Origin: Octopus vulgaris
Lineage: Eukaryota
Direction of reading: 5' to 3'
DNA: 64,000 nt
Assembly: GCA_951406725.2 (NCBI GenBank)
Contig: OX597822.1
Span: 3,906,001 to 3,970,000 of the forward strand
Positions 1-12,906 of this stretch are shown one piece after another. The notes below the pieces were generated by a model. The model worked only from the letters and a program-made list of their open reading frames with translations. It had not been told where the DNA came from and made no database searches. A program made the position numbers and the translations under genes. Numbering within the stretch: the stretch's first letter is position 1; every line of letters starts with the position of its first letter.

Positions 1-59
1 ACTGCTTGGCATTCGAGCCGGAAGCTCCAATACGAACATATTGCGAACACACCGAATAA

Positions 60-676
60 CCGTTGGCTTGCCTTGTCCCCAAAACATGTACTGAGCTTGA
101 TAAATATCAAACATCCAGTGAACATTATGGTGTTTAGTGTGATCATTAGTAATGGCGACGTTATGGCTCCATTCATCATCCCATACGGCCTGAGATTCGA
201 CACGGATTTCTATATCAAGTGCCTGGAGAAGGTAGTTCTGCCCTGGATGACGAGGGTGGCTGCTGGAAGACTATGGTTAGCAACAAGCCTCTGCACCATA
301 CCACACAAGCTGGAGAAACTAGTCATGGCTGTCACACAGTTTCTGCGACCACATCACCCTTAACATGTGGCCACCTAACTTCCCAGACTGCAAACGGCTT
401 GGTTATTATGTGTGGGGCGCCGTTGAGCATAAGGCTAACAAAACTCCTTGTAACATTAGAAATGAACTGAAGGCAAGGATTATGGCAGTACTGACCAACT
501 TGAACAAGAAGACGAGTCGCAGGAGATTCCGATGTCGTCTGGGGGCCATGATTGAAGCCAATGGCGATTTTATTGAATAAATTTACTCTTTAGTATTTCA
601 AGACATTTTTATGTAAATTTGGTATTTGGTAAATATATATGCTAAAATGAGATGCCAATTCATTCACCGCATCCTG
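60..676 (+). mobile_element. Tc1/mariner-superfamily (maT/DD37D-like) transposase remnant with right end
   Basis: Frameshifted ORFs 73-363 and 365-580 give IMVFSVI..GDVMAPF, YIKCLEKVVLPW and MWPPNFPDCKRLGYYVWGAVE (variant of WPPNSPDLNPLDYYVW); ends ...CACCGCATCCTG followed by TA at 677. Confidence 0.8.
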
Positions 677-677
677 T

Positions 678-709
<32 letters not shown>

Positions 710-856
710 TTATCAATGTGAAATCGTGTGTTGAAATATGTTGTTGTATTTCGGATGGTCCTTTTTTTCCAAAATAAAAATGCACTGTGTTATTTTTTCA
801 TTCACTCCTTTATTAATGTTCTTATTTTATAATTGTAACTCATGTCCATTGTCCAG

Positions 857-947
857 AAATCCTTTGTCACACATCTGTGACCTCTTCAGTGACACTTTCC
901 ATCTCTGTGTGTGTTCTTGCTCCACTTGCTCCATTCTGTTCTTCTAG
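857..947 (+). other. Candidate alternative terminal exon (NPLSHICDLFSDTFHLCVCSCSTCSILFF*)
   Basis: Non-repetitive segment after a GTCCAG acceptor; same entry phase as the candidate exon at 1057; no homology recognised. Confidence 0.2.
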
Positions 948-1056
948 CATGTGTATCCTTCTGTGCGCATGCGTTTGTGTCCTTGTTTGCGTGTGTGCGT
1001 GAATGTATATGTGTGTGTGTGTGTGTATGCTTGTCTGTGTGTGTCATAAATTTTAG

Positions 1057-1115
1057 TAGCCCCCATCCTCTCACTCTATTGTGCTGCTGCTGTCCTAAGA
1101 CCCGAAAGAAATATG
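1057..1115 (+). CDS. Candidate host-gene exon encoding Cys-cluster/basic peptide SPHPLTLLCCCCPKTRKKY
   Basis: TTTTAG|TAG acceptor (NAGNAG) and consensus G|GTAAGT donor at 1116; open frame; CCCC plus polybasic motif resembles a palmitoylation/membrane anchor. Confidence 0.4.
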
Positions 1116-1419
1116 GTAAGTTCTTTATTCTTCTGTGTATGAGTGTTCGCGCCCAGTGTTTCCATCGTGGAAGTTGTTATTGCCATCGTTGGCACCGTTG
1201 CTGCTGCTGCTGGCCGTGTTAGATGTGTTGTGGACATCCTTATGGCCATTCAGGAAATTTCATGTGTGTACGGGTTTGGTTCATTTGTATCCATACCCTT
1301 TATACGGTTGCATTTGTTCATTTTATCTGTCTTACAATTTTCACAAATATGTAGCAGATATATTTATATATATATTCATTTATCTATTCATATCTTTATT
1401 TACTTATTTTTTATACATA

Positions 1420-1448
1420 TATCTCTATTTCTCGTGTCACAGGTAAGT
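1420..1448 (+). promoter_or_regulatory. Juxtaposed 3'/5' splice signal (candidate recursive splice site)
   Basis: TCTCTATTTCTCGTGTCACAG immediately followed by GTAAGT. Confidence 0.4.
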
Positions 1449-1635
1449 GCATATTTGTCTATTATGTGTGTACCATCCTGTATGTTTCTGTGTATTATTT
1501 ACGGTTTTTTCTCTGCTTTTTTCTTTCACTTTTCCTCTCTCTTCACACACACACACATATCCATATATATATGTATACATATATCGAGAGACAGACACAC
1601 AGACAGACAAAGACAGACACACAGACATACGGATA

Positions 1636-1720
1636 TGTTTCTTTATTAGCCACACAGGGCTAAACACAGAGGGGACAAATTACAGAGTAGAGCTTTTCTT
1701 TTAGGGGAGAAAAAAAGGAA
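1636..1720 (-). mobile_element. Tx1-clade LINE extreme 3' end in GACA/GATA repeat
   Basis: TGTTTCTTTATTAGCCACACAGGGCT... matches the 3' termini at 13763 and 49217. Confidence 0.75.
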
Positions 1721-1813
1721 GAGACAGACAGACAGACAAACAGACAGACAAACAGACACGCAGGCAGACATACACACAGACACACAGACAGACACACAGA
1801 CAGACAGACAGAC

Positions 1814-1891
<78 letters not shown>

Positions 1892-1989
1892 CATGTGCAT
1901 GTATGTATATATTTATGCATATATGCATACACGCACGTAGAAACCTGTACACTCGTACACATACATGTGCACATATGTATATGCATACA

Positions 1990-2307
1990 TGTGGTAAGAT
2001 ACTTGCTTCCCAATATCATGTCTTCGGATTCAGTCTCATTGTGGAATGCCTTGGACAATTTTTTTCTCCTATAGCCACGGGAAGATCGAAGTCTTATGAG
2101 TGGATTTAGTAGGCTGAAACTGAAAGAACCCTGTCGTATATGCATTCGTTCGCCTTTGCATTAGTGGTTTGTCTTCCATCACCGTTTGGCAACTTAGCGG
2201 ATTGTCTAAAATAACTGATAAAATAAGTCTTGAGGTTGATTTATTCGACTAAATCTTTCAGTCTAGTACCCCAGCATGGCCGCATTCGAATAACTGAAAC
2301 AAGAAGA
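1990..2307 (+). mobile_element. tRNA-derived SINE family A (degenerate)
   Basis: Similar to the 4105-4526 copy (TGTGGTAAG..CTTGCTTCCC, GAAACTGAAAG, CCAGCATGGCCGC). Confidence 0.7.
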
Positions 2308-2395
2308 TGATAACTATTCACACGATTTGTGAACAAATCTATAAGATTTGTTAATATCTCTTGAATCACGATCACGTAAGCATATTAAGATACAC

Positions 2396-2466
<71 letters not shown>

Positions 2467-2471
<5 letters not shown>

Positions 2472-2702
2472 TAAATATTAGGGAATAAATCCAAATTTAC
2501 AAGGAAAAATCAGATTTAAGATTGAATCCAATTTTATAGTAAAATATTATATTATATCAAATTAGAGACAAAACCACTATTATGCAAATCAAACAAAGAA
2601 AGACTTAAGCCAATACATAAAATAATTTATATAAATTATTTTATGTATTGGCTAAGTCTTTCTTTGTTTGATTTGCATAATAGTGGTTTTGTCTCTAATT
2701 TG

Positions 2703-2710
<8 letters not shown>
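2467..2710. mobile_element. Fold-back element in (TA)n, Penelope-like terminal fragment
   Basis: Near-perfect loopless palindrome 2550-2630/2631-2710 plus ~85-nt one-sided extension; same family as 25913-26179. Confidence 0.65.
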
Positions 2711-2745
<35 letters not shown>

Positions 2746-2935
2746 TAGGGTGAGTTTACGAAAAAAAACAAAAGACGAAGACAGGTGGTGTACAAAACAA
2801 ACAGATGTATTAGTATAACGCCCAGGAATAGAAAGTCTTTTACGTTTCGAGCCTACACTCTTCTACAGAAAGGAACACAGAAAAAACAAGGAGAGAAAAC
2901 AATGTGTGTAGTGGCTAATGATCTATCATGGCGAC
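2746..2935 (-). mobile_element. ~190-bp TA-inserted element carrying a minimal hammerhead-like motif
   Basis: Second copy at 23130-23335; contains the motif at 2837-2872. Confidence 0.7.
2837..2872 (-). ncRNA. Minimal type I hammerhead-like motif, variant core
   Basis: Minus strand CUUU-CUGUAGA-A-GAGU GUAG GCUC-GAAAC-GUA-AAAG; stems I and II pair. Confidence 0.55.
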
Positions 2936-3227
2936 TATATATATACCTATCTGCGAGTTTTTCTGTGTAAGTTTAATCGTGTGTGTCTGTGTGTATGTGT
3001 GTATGTGTGTATGTGTGTATGTGTGTGTGAATGGAAAAAGCTAAATGCTTCATTCAATTCACTTCAATTTTTCCATAATTTGTTAATAATTCTAAAACAA
3101 AAAAATACAAATTGATACTTTCAAAATTTTGATATCGACGATATATATTTTATTGTCTGCCCATGCCGTAAAAAAAAATCAGTTTCAGTGCAGTAATGCT
3201 AAAGTTTTTGGGGGGTTTTTTGTAATA

Positions 3228-3419
3228 GTAGTAGTAATAGCACTAGCAGCACTGGTAGCAACAGCAGCACTAGCAGCAACAGCAGCACTAGCAGCAACAG
3301 CAGCACTAGCAGCAACAGCAGCACTAGCAGCAACAGCAGCAGCACTACCTGTGCCAGCAACAGGAGCAGCACTAGCAGAGGCAACAGCAGCACCAGTAGT
3401 AGTGGTAGTAATAGTAGTT

Positions 3420-3487
<68 letters not shown>

Positions 3488-3515
3488 TACTGTTATTGTT
3501 GCTGTTGTTGTTTTC
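3228..3515 (+). repeat. 18-bp minisatellite (CTAGCAGCAACAGCAGCA)n merging into (GTA)n/(GTT)n
   Basis: Direct reading; explains the Ala/Val-rich ORF 3129-3599. Confidence 0.9.
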
Positions 3516-3817
3516 TTGCACCTGTCTAACTCTGGCTCTGGTTATGAAAATTTATTATTAAAGACGCTCCAGCAATGCAGAGACTGTCTCCCATCTTAAG
3601 ATGATACAATGTGCCGTAAGCTTAGTTACGGAGACGTAAACACACCAACACCGGCTCTCAAGTGGTGGCGGTGCATGCACGCATGCAAACACACACACAT
3701 GCACACACACACACACGTACAATGCGCGCGCACACACACACACGTTCCAGCAAACTAGCATAAATTATATATGGCACACATGTAGGTAGATATATATATA
3801 TATATATATATATATAG

Positions 3818-3970
3818 GTTTCAGATTTTGGCACAAGGCCAACAATTTTAAAGAATGGTAGTAAGTCGATTACATCAACCCCATTGCTCAACTGCTACTT
3901 ATTTTATCTATCCCTAAAACATTAAAGGCTAAAGTCAACCATAGCTGAATTTGAACTTAGAACATGTAGT
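3818..3970 (-). mobile_element. SINE family B fragment
   Basis: GGTTTCAGATTTTGGCACAAGGCC...GTCGATTACATC, reverse of the 10586-10797 family. Confidence 0.7.
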
Positions 3971-4064
3971 CAGAGGAAAATGTACAATTTAAATATATTG
4001 AACGATATCTCTCACCGGATGGAGGACTTTTGTTGTTGATCCTACCTATCACAGAAAGTAAAGC

Positions 4065-4102
<38 letters not shown>

Positions 4103-4104
4103 GA

Positions 4105-4526
4105 GGCGTAGGAGTGACTGTGTGGTAAGTAGCTTGCTTACCAAGCACATAGTTCCGGTTTCAGTCCCACTTCGAGGCACCTTGCGCAAGTGTCTTCTAC
4201 TATAGCCTCGGACCAACCAAGGACTTCTGAGTGGATTTGGTAGACGAAACTGAAAGAAGCCCGCCGTATATATATGTATCTATATATATATGTATGTGTG
4301 TGTGTATATGTTTGCATGTCTGTATTTGCCCCCCCCCCCCCAACGTCGCTTGACAATCGATGCTGGTATGTTTATGTCCCCGTAACTTAGCGGTTCGGCA
4401 AAAGAGACCGATGGAATAAGTACTAGATTTACGAAGAATAAGTCCTGGGGTCGATTTGCTCGAGTAAAGGCGGTGCTCCAGCATGGCCACAGTCAAATGA
4501 CTGAAACAAGTAGGAAAAAAAGAGTA
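4105..4526 (+). mobile_element. tRNA-derived SINE family A, full length
   Basis: Pol III A-box-like GTGACTGTGTGG and B-box-like GTTTCAGTCCC, internal (TA/TG)n, AAAAGAG tail; more than 10 copies in window. Confidence 0.85.
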
Positions 4527-4567
4527 ATATAGATACGTGTGTGTGTATTTATGTATGTATGTATGTC

Positions 4568-4979
4568 TACTCTTTCTCTCTTTTACTCTTTTACTTGTTT
4601 CAGTCATTTGACTGCGGCCATGCTGGTGCACCGCCTTTAATCGAGCAACTCAACCCCAGAACTTATTCTTTGTAAGCCCAGTACTTATTCTATCGGTCTC
4701 TATTGCCGAACCGCTAAGTTACGGGGACATAAACACACCAGCATTGGTTGTCAAGCAATGCTAGGGGAACAAGCACAGACACACAAACATACACGCACAC
4801 ACACTTATCTATACATATATACGACGGGCTTCTTTCTTTTTCCGTCTACCAAATCCACTCACAAGGCTTTGGTTGGCCCGAGGCTATAGTAGAAGACATT
4901 TGCCAACGGTACCACGCAGTAGGACTGAACCCGGAACCATGTGGCTTGTAAGCAAGCTATTTACCACACAGCCATTCCT
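4568..4979 (-). mobile_element. tRNA-derived SINE family A, full length, inverted relative to 4105-4526
   Basis: Reverse complement of the same family, tail-to-tail. Confidence 0.85.
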
Positions 4980-5394
4980 ACACACACACACACATACACA
5001 CACATACACACACACACGCACACACACATACATTGAAAGAAAATACCAGCCAAAGCGAAAAAACAATATATGCCACAAATCGTCTGAATATGTTGAAATG
5101 TCAGAGCAGTATCGGTGACAGATTTAAGAGACCAGCTGATTGGTGGGATAATAAACAAAAATTATAGATGGCGCTTTCATAATGTAAAGGTTAGTGGGTA
5201 ACATCAACAATCGATTTTATTTTCGTTTGTTACAGATTATTATCATTAGTCAAACTAGTATTATCATTATTACTAGCATTGTTATCGTTGATGTTGTTTG
5301 TACTTGTAGTTGGTGTTCCTGCGGTCGTTGTTTTTGTTTCTCTTCTCCGATAATTGTTGATGTGTCGGTATGCGCTCCACTGTTCTTGATTGTA

Positions 5395-5463
5395 CATATA
5401 CATATATATAAATATATATATATATGGGTGTGTATATAGATAGATAGATATGTATTTAGGTAT

Positions 5464-5509
<46 letters not shown>

Positions 5510-5627
5510 ATACCTAAATACATATCTATTTATCTATATACATATGTATATATATATATATGTATATATATGTAGATAGATATGTATTTAAGTATCTTTA
5601 TATATATATATATACATATATATATAC

Positions 5628-5677
<50 letters not shown>

Positions 5678-5754
5678 AGACATACACGTATGTATATATG
5701 TGTATGTATGTATATAAATAAATATATATATGTATATATATATGTATGTATATA

Positions 5755-5813
<59 letters not shown>

Positions 5814-5970
5814 AATGAATTATCTTATTAAGATACGGATATATATATATATATATCTTCTCTGAGTATTTATTTGTTGATATAAAGAACACACATACAA
5901 ATATGCGGTGCACGCCATATTTAAATACACAAACTTCCTGATACTAATTAGTAGACGTTTTAATGCATCA

Positions 5971-6029
<59 letters not shown>

Positions 6030-6205
6030 ATGTATGTATGTATGTATGTATATATATATATATATATATATGAATATATGTATGTATATATAGAGATAGA
6101 TAGATAGATAGTTATACATATACGCGCACACTCACACACACATATTCACACAAACACATGCATACAGACACACACACATTTTTATATATAAATATATATA
6201 TATAA
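5395..6205. repeat. Compound (TA)n/(CA)n/(GATA)n microsatellite block
   Basis: Direct reading; source of the poly-YI ORFs. Confidence 0.9.
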
Positions 6206-6751
6206 ACGTGTGTATATGCGCATCTTTCTCGATGCACCATATATATTTACTATGAACAGAGTATCCTCTTGAAAGACATTGGTCACTAGGAATATGTTTG
6301 TCTTCTCATGGGAGGTCGTCAAACATTAAAATAACATTGCCAGTTATTCCTGTACATTGACCTATCAGGAATATCCAGTAGTATGAAAACAATAGCAGGC
6401 CATGTAGGAATCTAGAAGGCGGCGGGGATGTATTTGTAAAGAAATAGAATAACAATGGAAATGACTGTGAAGTGGTAATATGTAAATTTTGAAAAAATAT
6501 ATTTCTCCGTTATTTTTATTGTATCAGTAGTACATTGTACGCTACAAAATTCTATTTTTGAAGACAAATGAATTTAATAGAAGCATCCGGTTGTGAGTTT
6601 ATCTTCTGACAAACGTTGCAACATTCCAAATAATAATTTCGAATTTCGATAGGAAAGTAGCACTTTTACAGAACAGGAATTAGTCGATTCTATTATTCTT
6701 AGTACTTAAGTCGTACATTATTTTTATCGATCTCGAATCCATACAGTTTCG

Positions 6752-7216
6752 GGATCTTTTCGGTTTCAACGGCAGTTTTTTTCTAGCGGTGTCATATGAA
6801 ATTGTCACCCATAATTATGACCCTAGTATCGATCTATTGCATTCCAATCTATTTTAGGGTTAGGGTTAGAGTTAGGGTTATTTAGGATTAGTTAGGTTTA
6901 GTTAGGGTTAGGGTTAGGGGTGGGGGAAAGGGTATCATTGTTTTCTTCAGAAACGTAAATAAACCCAATCTGTTTCTTAAACGAGGGACATTTTCATACG
7001 GCACAGAATGTTTTTACCTCAATAGACGTCATTGATTGGTTGAAATTGCAGAAATTGAAGAAAAAACAACAAATATCTTACAAACCTTAGAATTTTCTCA
7101 ATAAAGCCAAGAGAAAAAGGTGTTTTATAAACACATTCTACCGGTATACGAAGTTTAAAAGTGTTTAGTTACGTGGACATTATTTTTTAAAGCTGCCGTT
7201 CAAACCGAAAGGATCT
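6752..7216. mobile_element. MITE with ~24-bp TIRs, ~8-bp TSD and internal TTAGGG repeats (Merlin/MULE-like)
   Basis: TIRs GGATCTTTTCGGTTTCAACGGCAG / CTGCCGTTCAAACCGAAAGGATCT; flanks CAGTTTCG / CAGTTCTG; second copy at 45503-45910. Confidence 0.85.
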
Positions 7217-7902
7217 CAGTTCTGTGTTGACTTCTGTAGATTCTGAACTCAGAAGTGGTGGAACAAATAATGCAAAGCATTTCTTCTTGGTGTTTGTGTT
7301 CTGGGTTCAAATACCGCCAAGTTTAACTTTGACTTTCATCCTTTTGAGGTCGATAAATTACGTGAGGGGTATTAAACAAATACCAGTAAATCACCTGGGA
7401 TCGATGTGATCGGCAATCCTCTTTTCCCAAAAGCCGATGGTCTAAACTTTGAAATTATTTATCTTATAATATTTGGATGGTGGGGTAAGTCGATTACATC
7501 GACCCCAGTCCTCAACTGGTGCTTATTTTATGGACCCCGGCAGAATCTGATCTCAAACCTTCCATCGAGAGCAACTTTGCCTTTCATCCTTTCGAGGTCG
7601 GCAACGCTTATCATCATTTCCAGGTCAATAATACAAATAGCAGTTGAAAACTGGGGTGATCGACTTACCCCCTCTACCGAAGTTGCTGGCTTTGTGTCAT
7701 AATTTGAAATCAATATTATTTTAATTTTATATTCAAGAAAAAGAAATGGCGATATGCTGAAGGAATTGAACACCAAAATGCGGGACATAAAAAAATTTGA
7801 AACTAAATATTCATTTATTATGACAAAACTAAAAACAATTATGTAAAATAGACGAGTCTATACGAATGCCATATTTTTAATTGTATTGCAAATGAGTAAA
7901 CT

Positions 7903-8201
7903 TAAGCGTAAACGTCGCCCTTTTCAAGCCTAGCCAGGCTCATGGGCCCGGTTTCCCGGTTTCTGTGGCGTATGTGTTCCCCCCAGCTGGACGAGACGCC
8001 AGTCCATCGCAGCGTTACGCAAGAAACAGGAAGAAAGGGTGAAAGAAAGCTGGGGCGAAAGAGTACAACAAGAGTCACCACCACCTCTGCCGAAGCTTCG
8101 TGGAGCTTTTAGGCGTTTTCGCTCAATAAACGCACACAACGGCCGGTCTGGGAATCGAAACCGCGAGTCCGCTGCCCTAACCACTGCACCATTGCGCCTC
8201 C
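7903..8201 (-). mobile_element. tRNA-derived SINE family C
   Basis: Minus strand GGAGGCGCAATGGTGCAGTGGTTAGGGCAGCGGACTCGCGG-TTTCGATTCCC; head shared with 51755-52128. Confidence 0.8.
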
Positions 8202-8840
8202 CAAAGTAAAGTGTAATGGAATATATCAAATGAATTACACAATTGAAGTCCAAAAACTTTCACTAAAACATATCCATCATCGAAGGTATTATCTTTCTAA
8301 CTGTTATTAATCTAATTTCATATAGAAGCCATCATAAAGACCTCAGCAAACCGGTTTATCAGTAAAATTTAGAATTAGTAAAAGCATATTATTCGATTTG
8401 GAAATTGAAACGATATCACCACTATATCACACGGACACACACATACACATACATAGACAAATACACACATACATACACACATGCATACATACATACATAT
8501 ATACATGCACACCACACACACACATGCACACACAACCGCAAACGCCCACCTTCAGCCACACACACATACACACACGTACATATATGATATAACGGTCTAA
8601 ACCCAAGTCTGTGGTAACGCATTCAAAATTTTCTGTTTAAAACTACACGCACGCGTGCGCACAAACACACACATATACAACACACACACATATACATATA
8701 CTGTACATATATATGTATATATATAAAGTTAATCCAAACAAGAAAACACAAAAAAACACAACAACGCGAGGACGTGGAACAAATATAGTATTATTGGACG
8801 CTCAGGAAAGAAGGAAATTTATGTATATTTATGTATATGT

Positions 8841-9069
8841 GTCTTTTGCCGAACCGCTTAGTTTCGGAGACTTAAAACCGCACCGCATCGGTTGTCAAGC
8901 GATGGCGGTGAGACACAAATATACACAAATATATACATATACGTGTATGCATATATATTTGCTCGACCCGCGGCTATAGTGGAAGGCACGTGCCTACGGT
9001 GCCACGCAGTGACACTGAAACCGGAATCATGTAGTTGGGAAGCAAGCGTCTTGCCACACAGCAACGCCT
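8841..9069 (-). mobile_element. SINE family A (internally deleted), head-to-head with the next copy
   Basis: Reverse similarity to 4105-4526. Confidence 0.7.
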
Positions 9070-9075
9070 ATATAA

Positions 9076-9343
9076 GCGCAGATGTGGTTGTGTGGTAGAG
9101 GCTTGCTCCCCAACCGCATAATTCCGGGTTCAGTCTCACTGTGTGACACCTTGGTCAAGTTTCTCCTCCTATCGCCTCGGACCGACCAAAGCTTTGTGAG
9201 TAGATTCAGCAGGAGACCGATAGAATAATTACTATGCTTTAAAAAAATAAGTTTTGGGATCGATTTCTTAGACTAAAACTCTTTAAGGAGGTATTCCAGC
9301 ATGGTTGCAGTTACATATCTGAAACAAGTAAAAGAATAAAAGA
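9076..9343 (+). mobile_element. SINE family A (internally deleted)
   Basis: GCGCAGATGTGGTTGTGTGG...CCGGGTTCAGTC...GAAACAAGTAAAAGAATAAAAG. Confidence 0.75.
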
Positions 9344-9390
9344 AGATATATGTGTGCGCGTGTGTTTGTGTGTGTGTATATATATGCATT

Positions 9391-9436
<46 letters not shown>

Positions 9437-9497
9437 ATTTATTTTTGTATATATATATAAAGTATTTATGTTTGTATATATATATATATAAAGTATT

Positions 9498-9529
<32 letters not shown>

Positions 9530-9536
<7 letters not shown>

Positions 9537-9641
9537 ATAAACGGTGGGGTTGTGTTGACCGCACGTGAAGAAATGATAGGAGAGGAGAAATTATAATAAG
9601 GCAGACAATTTAGCATTCTGCCCTATAATTTTTCCTCTCCT

Positions 9642-9643
<2 letters not shown>
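9530..9643. mobile_element. Miniature fold-back element in (TA)n
   Basis: IR 9576-9605/9617-9643 with ~45-nt one-sided extension. Confidence 0.5.
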
Positions 9644-9694
<51 letters not shown>

Positions 9695-10118
9695 CTATAG
9701 TTACATTACCATCAATCTAATGAATTTACTTGTAGACGCATTGATGTTTGGTCTATTGTTTACATAATTGAGAAGCAAGAAAGAAAAAAATATGATTCTT
9801 GCATGACATACAATACTCAACTCCATATGGATTTTATCATCATCAACAATCTCTTTTAATGTCAGTATGGAAGCTCACGACTCTACTGAGATCAGACACT
9901 AACGGATGAGTGATTTCCTATGAAATTTCAAGAAATGGACGCACACTTTTTTCGCGACGACGGTCATTTTATTGTGAACATCCTAAAGCTAAAACTAATT
10001 AGCAGAACAGGAAAAACAATTAAACATGTTTTATCTTTTAAAGTATGTATTCGAAATAACTACTACAGCCGCCAATTTCTTAAATTAAAACAAATAAATA
10101 TCTAAGTTATCCATATAT

Positions 10119-10505
10119 AGGCATGGCTGTGTTGCTACGAAATCTGTTTTGAAACACTGTAGTTTCGCGGTCAGTTCATCTGCGTGGCAACTAAGGCAAA
10201 ATTCTTCTATTGTAACCCTCGGCCGTACAATGCCCTATGAGTGAATTTGGTAGATGGAAACTATATGGAAGCTCATTCTATATGCATATATATTTGTGTA
10301 TTTATGTATATGTGTCTTCTGCCCAGGGCTTCTCAGCCGGTGTTGTTCGTTTACGTCCCCGTAAATTAACATTTCGGTAAAAGAGACAAATAGAATAAAT
10401 ACCAGACTTTAAAAAAATTATTAGGGTCGATTTGTTCAAATAATCCTTCAAGGCGGCGCTCCAGCATGGTCGTAGTCCTATGACTGAAATAAGTAAGAGA
10501 TGAAA
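10119..10505 (+). mobile_element. SINE family A (diverged)
   Basis: GGCATGGCTGTG head, GTTTACGTCCCCGTAA, GCTCCAGCATGG. Confidence 0.75.
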
Positions 10506-10585
10506 GTTTAAAAAGTTTCTTCTTGGATGGTGTATCATGCAATTATTTCTCTTATAATATTATCAATATTTATATACGACTGTAC

Positions 10586-10797
10586 GACGGCGAGCTGGTA
10601 GAGTCGTCAGCACGCCGGACAAAATGCTTAGCAGTATTTCGTCCATTTTTCTGTTGTGAGTTCAAATACCGCCGAGAATTACTTTGCCTTTCACCCTTTC
10701 GAGGTCGACAAAATAAACACCAGTTGAGCACTGGGGTTATTATAATTGACTTACTGCCTTTCCCAGAAACTGCTGACCTTGTGTCAAAATTTGAAAC
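10586..10797 (+). mobile_element. SINE family B, full length
   Basis: GGCGAGCTGG..TCGTCAGCACGCCGGAC..GAGTTCAAAT..CTTTGCCTTTCA..AAATTTGAAAC; many copies in window. Confidence 0.8.
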
Positions 10798-12362
10798 GAA
10801 TATTTATATATGACTCGCATCAAATGCACTCAGAATCCGCGATTGCCAACACATGAGTACATTCCGAAAAAGACAATAGAAATAAAAACACTTCCCTATC
10901 GTATTTCATTAGGGAGATAAAAAACAAAAGTCAATGACGTAGTATAAAATGCTCCATATTCAAGAGCTAACTCATGAAATGTACATATAAAATGAAATCA
11001 TTGAAATTTATTCACCACTGACACTTTCAAAATACTTTTGCAAAAAACACCTCAGAAAGAATTTCTTGATGCAAACTTGAAGTTTACAAAATTAAGAATT
11101 TCCAAACAAATTAACCTATAATATACCCTAGAAATATAGTAGCGATATGAAAGCACTCCCTGCTATCTTTGCTACTCTTAAGCAATTTTTAAATCTTAAA
11201 AACTAAAACTACACCACAAAGAATTCCTCTATATCCATTCCGCTGACGCCTTGGGTATATTCCAGTCTTTGGAAAACACCCTAAGGTATACCCACGTTAT
11301 AATCACTCTGGGGAAATTTGTAGAAAAGCTGTGCTTTTGCTCCGCATATCAGCAAAATGCTCAACTATATCCGAGAAAAATGCCTTGCCCTTTAGACATA
11401 ATCAGTTTCTCATTTCTGAATTTGGTAGTTTCCTGCTTGGTGCACTATCACTTGCACCTCCAACCCATACTCTATAAATGGTTGTATTCCTGCGGGTTTG
11501 GTTCGAGCGGTTAACTTCCCCACATACACACACCTAACCGTTAACTTCGCTAACGTTCACTTATTTACAGAGGTTACGGTCTTTCATCCCTTCCTAAATA
11601 AGTACGCAAGCATTAAACACATGAAACAAACACATTTCACAGCAAACATGCATTCACTCCATAAGTAGGGCCCTGGAAAATATTCTCCAATGCGATCAAG
11701 TCAATCATTCTTCCTCAATAGCAAAGAATACACATTTGCACAGTAGAATAAAATCTTTGGTACTTAATCTTTCTTAAACATGAACAGCAGGCAACTGGTG
11801 CTAGCTCACTCAATTGTTTCACATACTAGAGATTATTATAACTAAAGATTTCTCTTGCCAAAAGTATATCTTCAACATAGTAATGACTACAAGTAGTGTA
11901 GTCCTCATCTCAGAACCAGAAAACACTTCATCACTCAACAACCACTGTTTCTCTACAAAGCTCAGGTGAGCCAAATAACGACGTACTACACATAAATCTG
12001 GTTTGGTACTGTGGCTACACACAGATTTTATCTTAGACCGCATTCAGGAAGAGTCCACTCAATTCTTTGGCATAATTTTAGTCCCACAAATACTGTCTCC
12101 TCTCTCCGTCTTGTCAATTGTTACTACAGTGGCATCATTTCCTCGAGGCTGGCTACTCTCAATCAACCGCTATTCAGGCTTTCAAACCACATCACGTGTA
12201 TTTCTGTCTGTATGCATTTTGTGTCCAAAATTTCCAGTTTCTACACTATACACAACGCCCAATCATCTGCCCCTTAGAGTTCCCTCTTTGCACAGGCCTA
12301 ATAGGCATTCCACTAATAGGCATCTTAAAACAGTTTCACAGAATATTTAACAACATTCTAGG

Positions 12363-12906
12363 GGTTCTACGGAACCCCTATCTTGCCCAGGACATCAATC
12401 GTCTGGAAGCTGTTCAGCGACGTGCAACCAAAAGAATACCCTCCATCAGGCATTTGCCATATCCTGAACGCCTTACTTCCCTGGGCAAGGACACATTGAA
12501 ACTCCGACGTCTGGCAGCTGACTTGGCAGACACCCATAAAATTATCAACCATCGCACAAACAATAACTCTGAGCACCACTTCAAACTCCACCCATCTAAC
12601 ACCCGTGGACATATTTACAAAGTAAGAAAACAGCACAGCTCCCATGACTTCAGGAAACATTTTTTCACGCTGAGAGTTGCTGAAGCGTGGAACAAACTGC
12701 CGGCATCGGTTGTTAGTTGTCGGAGCACACTGCATCCTTCAAAACTTCCATGCTTCCTGAGATTCGCCAACACTACACTTGATACACACACAAGCATGTT
12801 CACTTTCCAGACATTTCTACACTACTGCATGTACTTTATATGCACTTTCTGACAAGTTGTGGTGCACCTGAGCACTGTATACAATAATTTCATTATTATT
12901 ATTATT
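12363..12906 (+). mobile_element. CR1-clade LINE 3' fragment (ORF2 C-terminus, 3' UTR, (ATT)n tail)
   Basis: NPYLAQDINRLEAVQRRATK..YPERL..LKLRRL.ADL..TRGH.YK..RKHFFTLRVAEAWNKLP. Confidence 0.9.

Noticed and set aside
3129-3599. Ala/Val-rich membrane-protein-like or antifreeze-like ORF
   Set aside because: Entirely explained by the 18-bp minisatellite and (GTA)n; no splice or homology support
5230-6131. Many YI/CV/LSIY/HT-repeat ORFs here and throughout the window
   Set aside because: Translations of (TA)n, (TG)n, (GATA)n and (CA)n
6853-6920. Telomere or chromosome-fusion scar
   Set aside because: The TTAGGG repeats are internal to a MITE present twice in the window
10820-12360. LINE ORF1/5' region upstream of the CR1 fragment (GWRCK PHD-like peptide on the minus strand)
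   Set aside because: Too many stops and no continuous motif; could not be supported by eye
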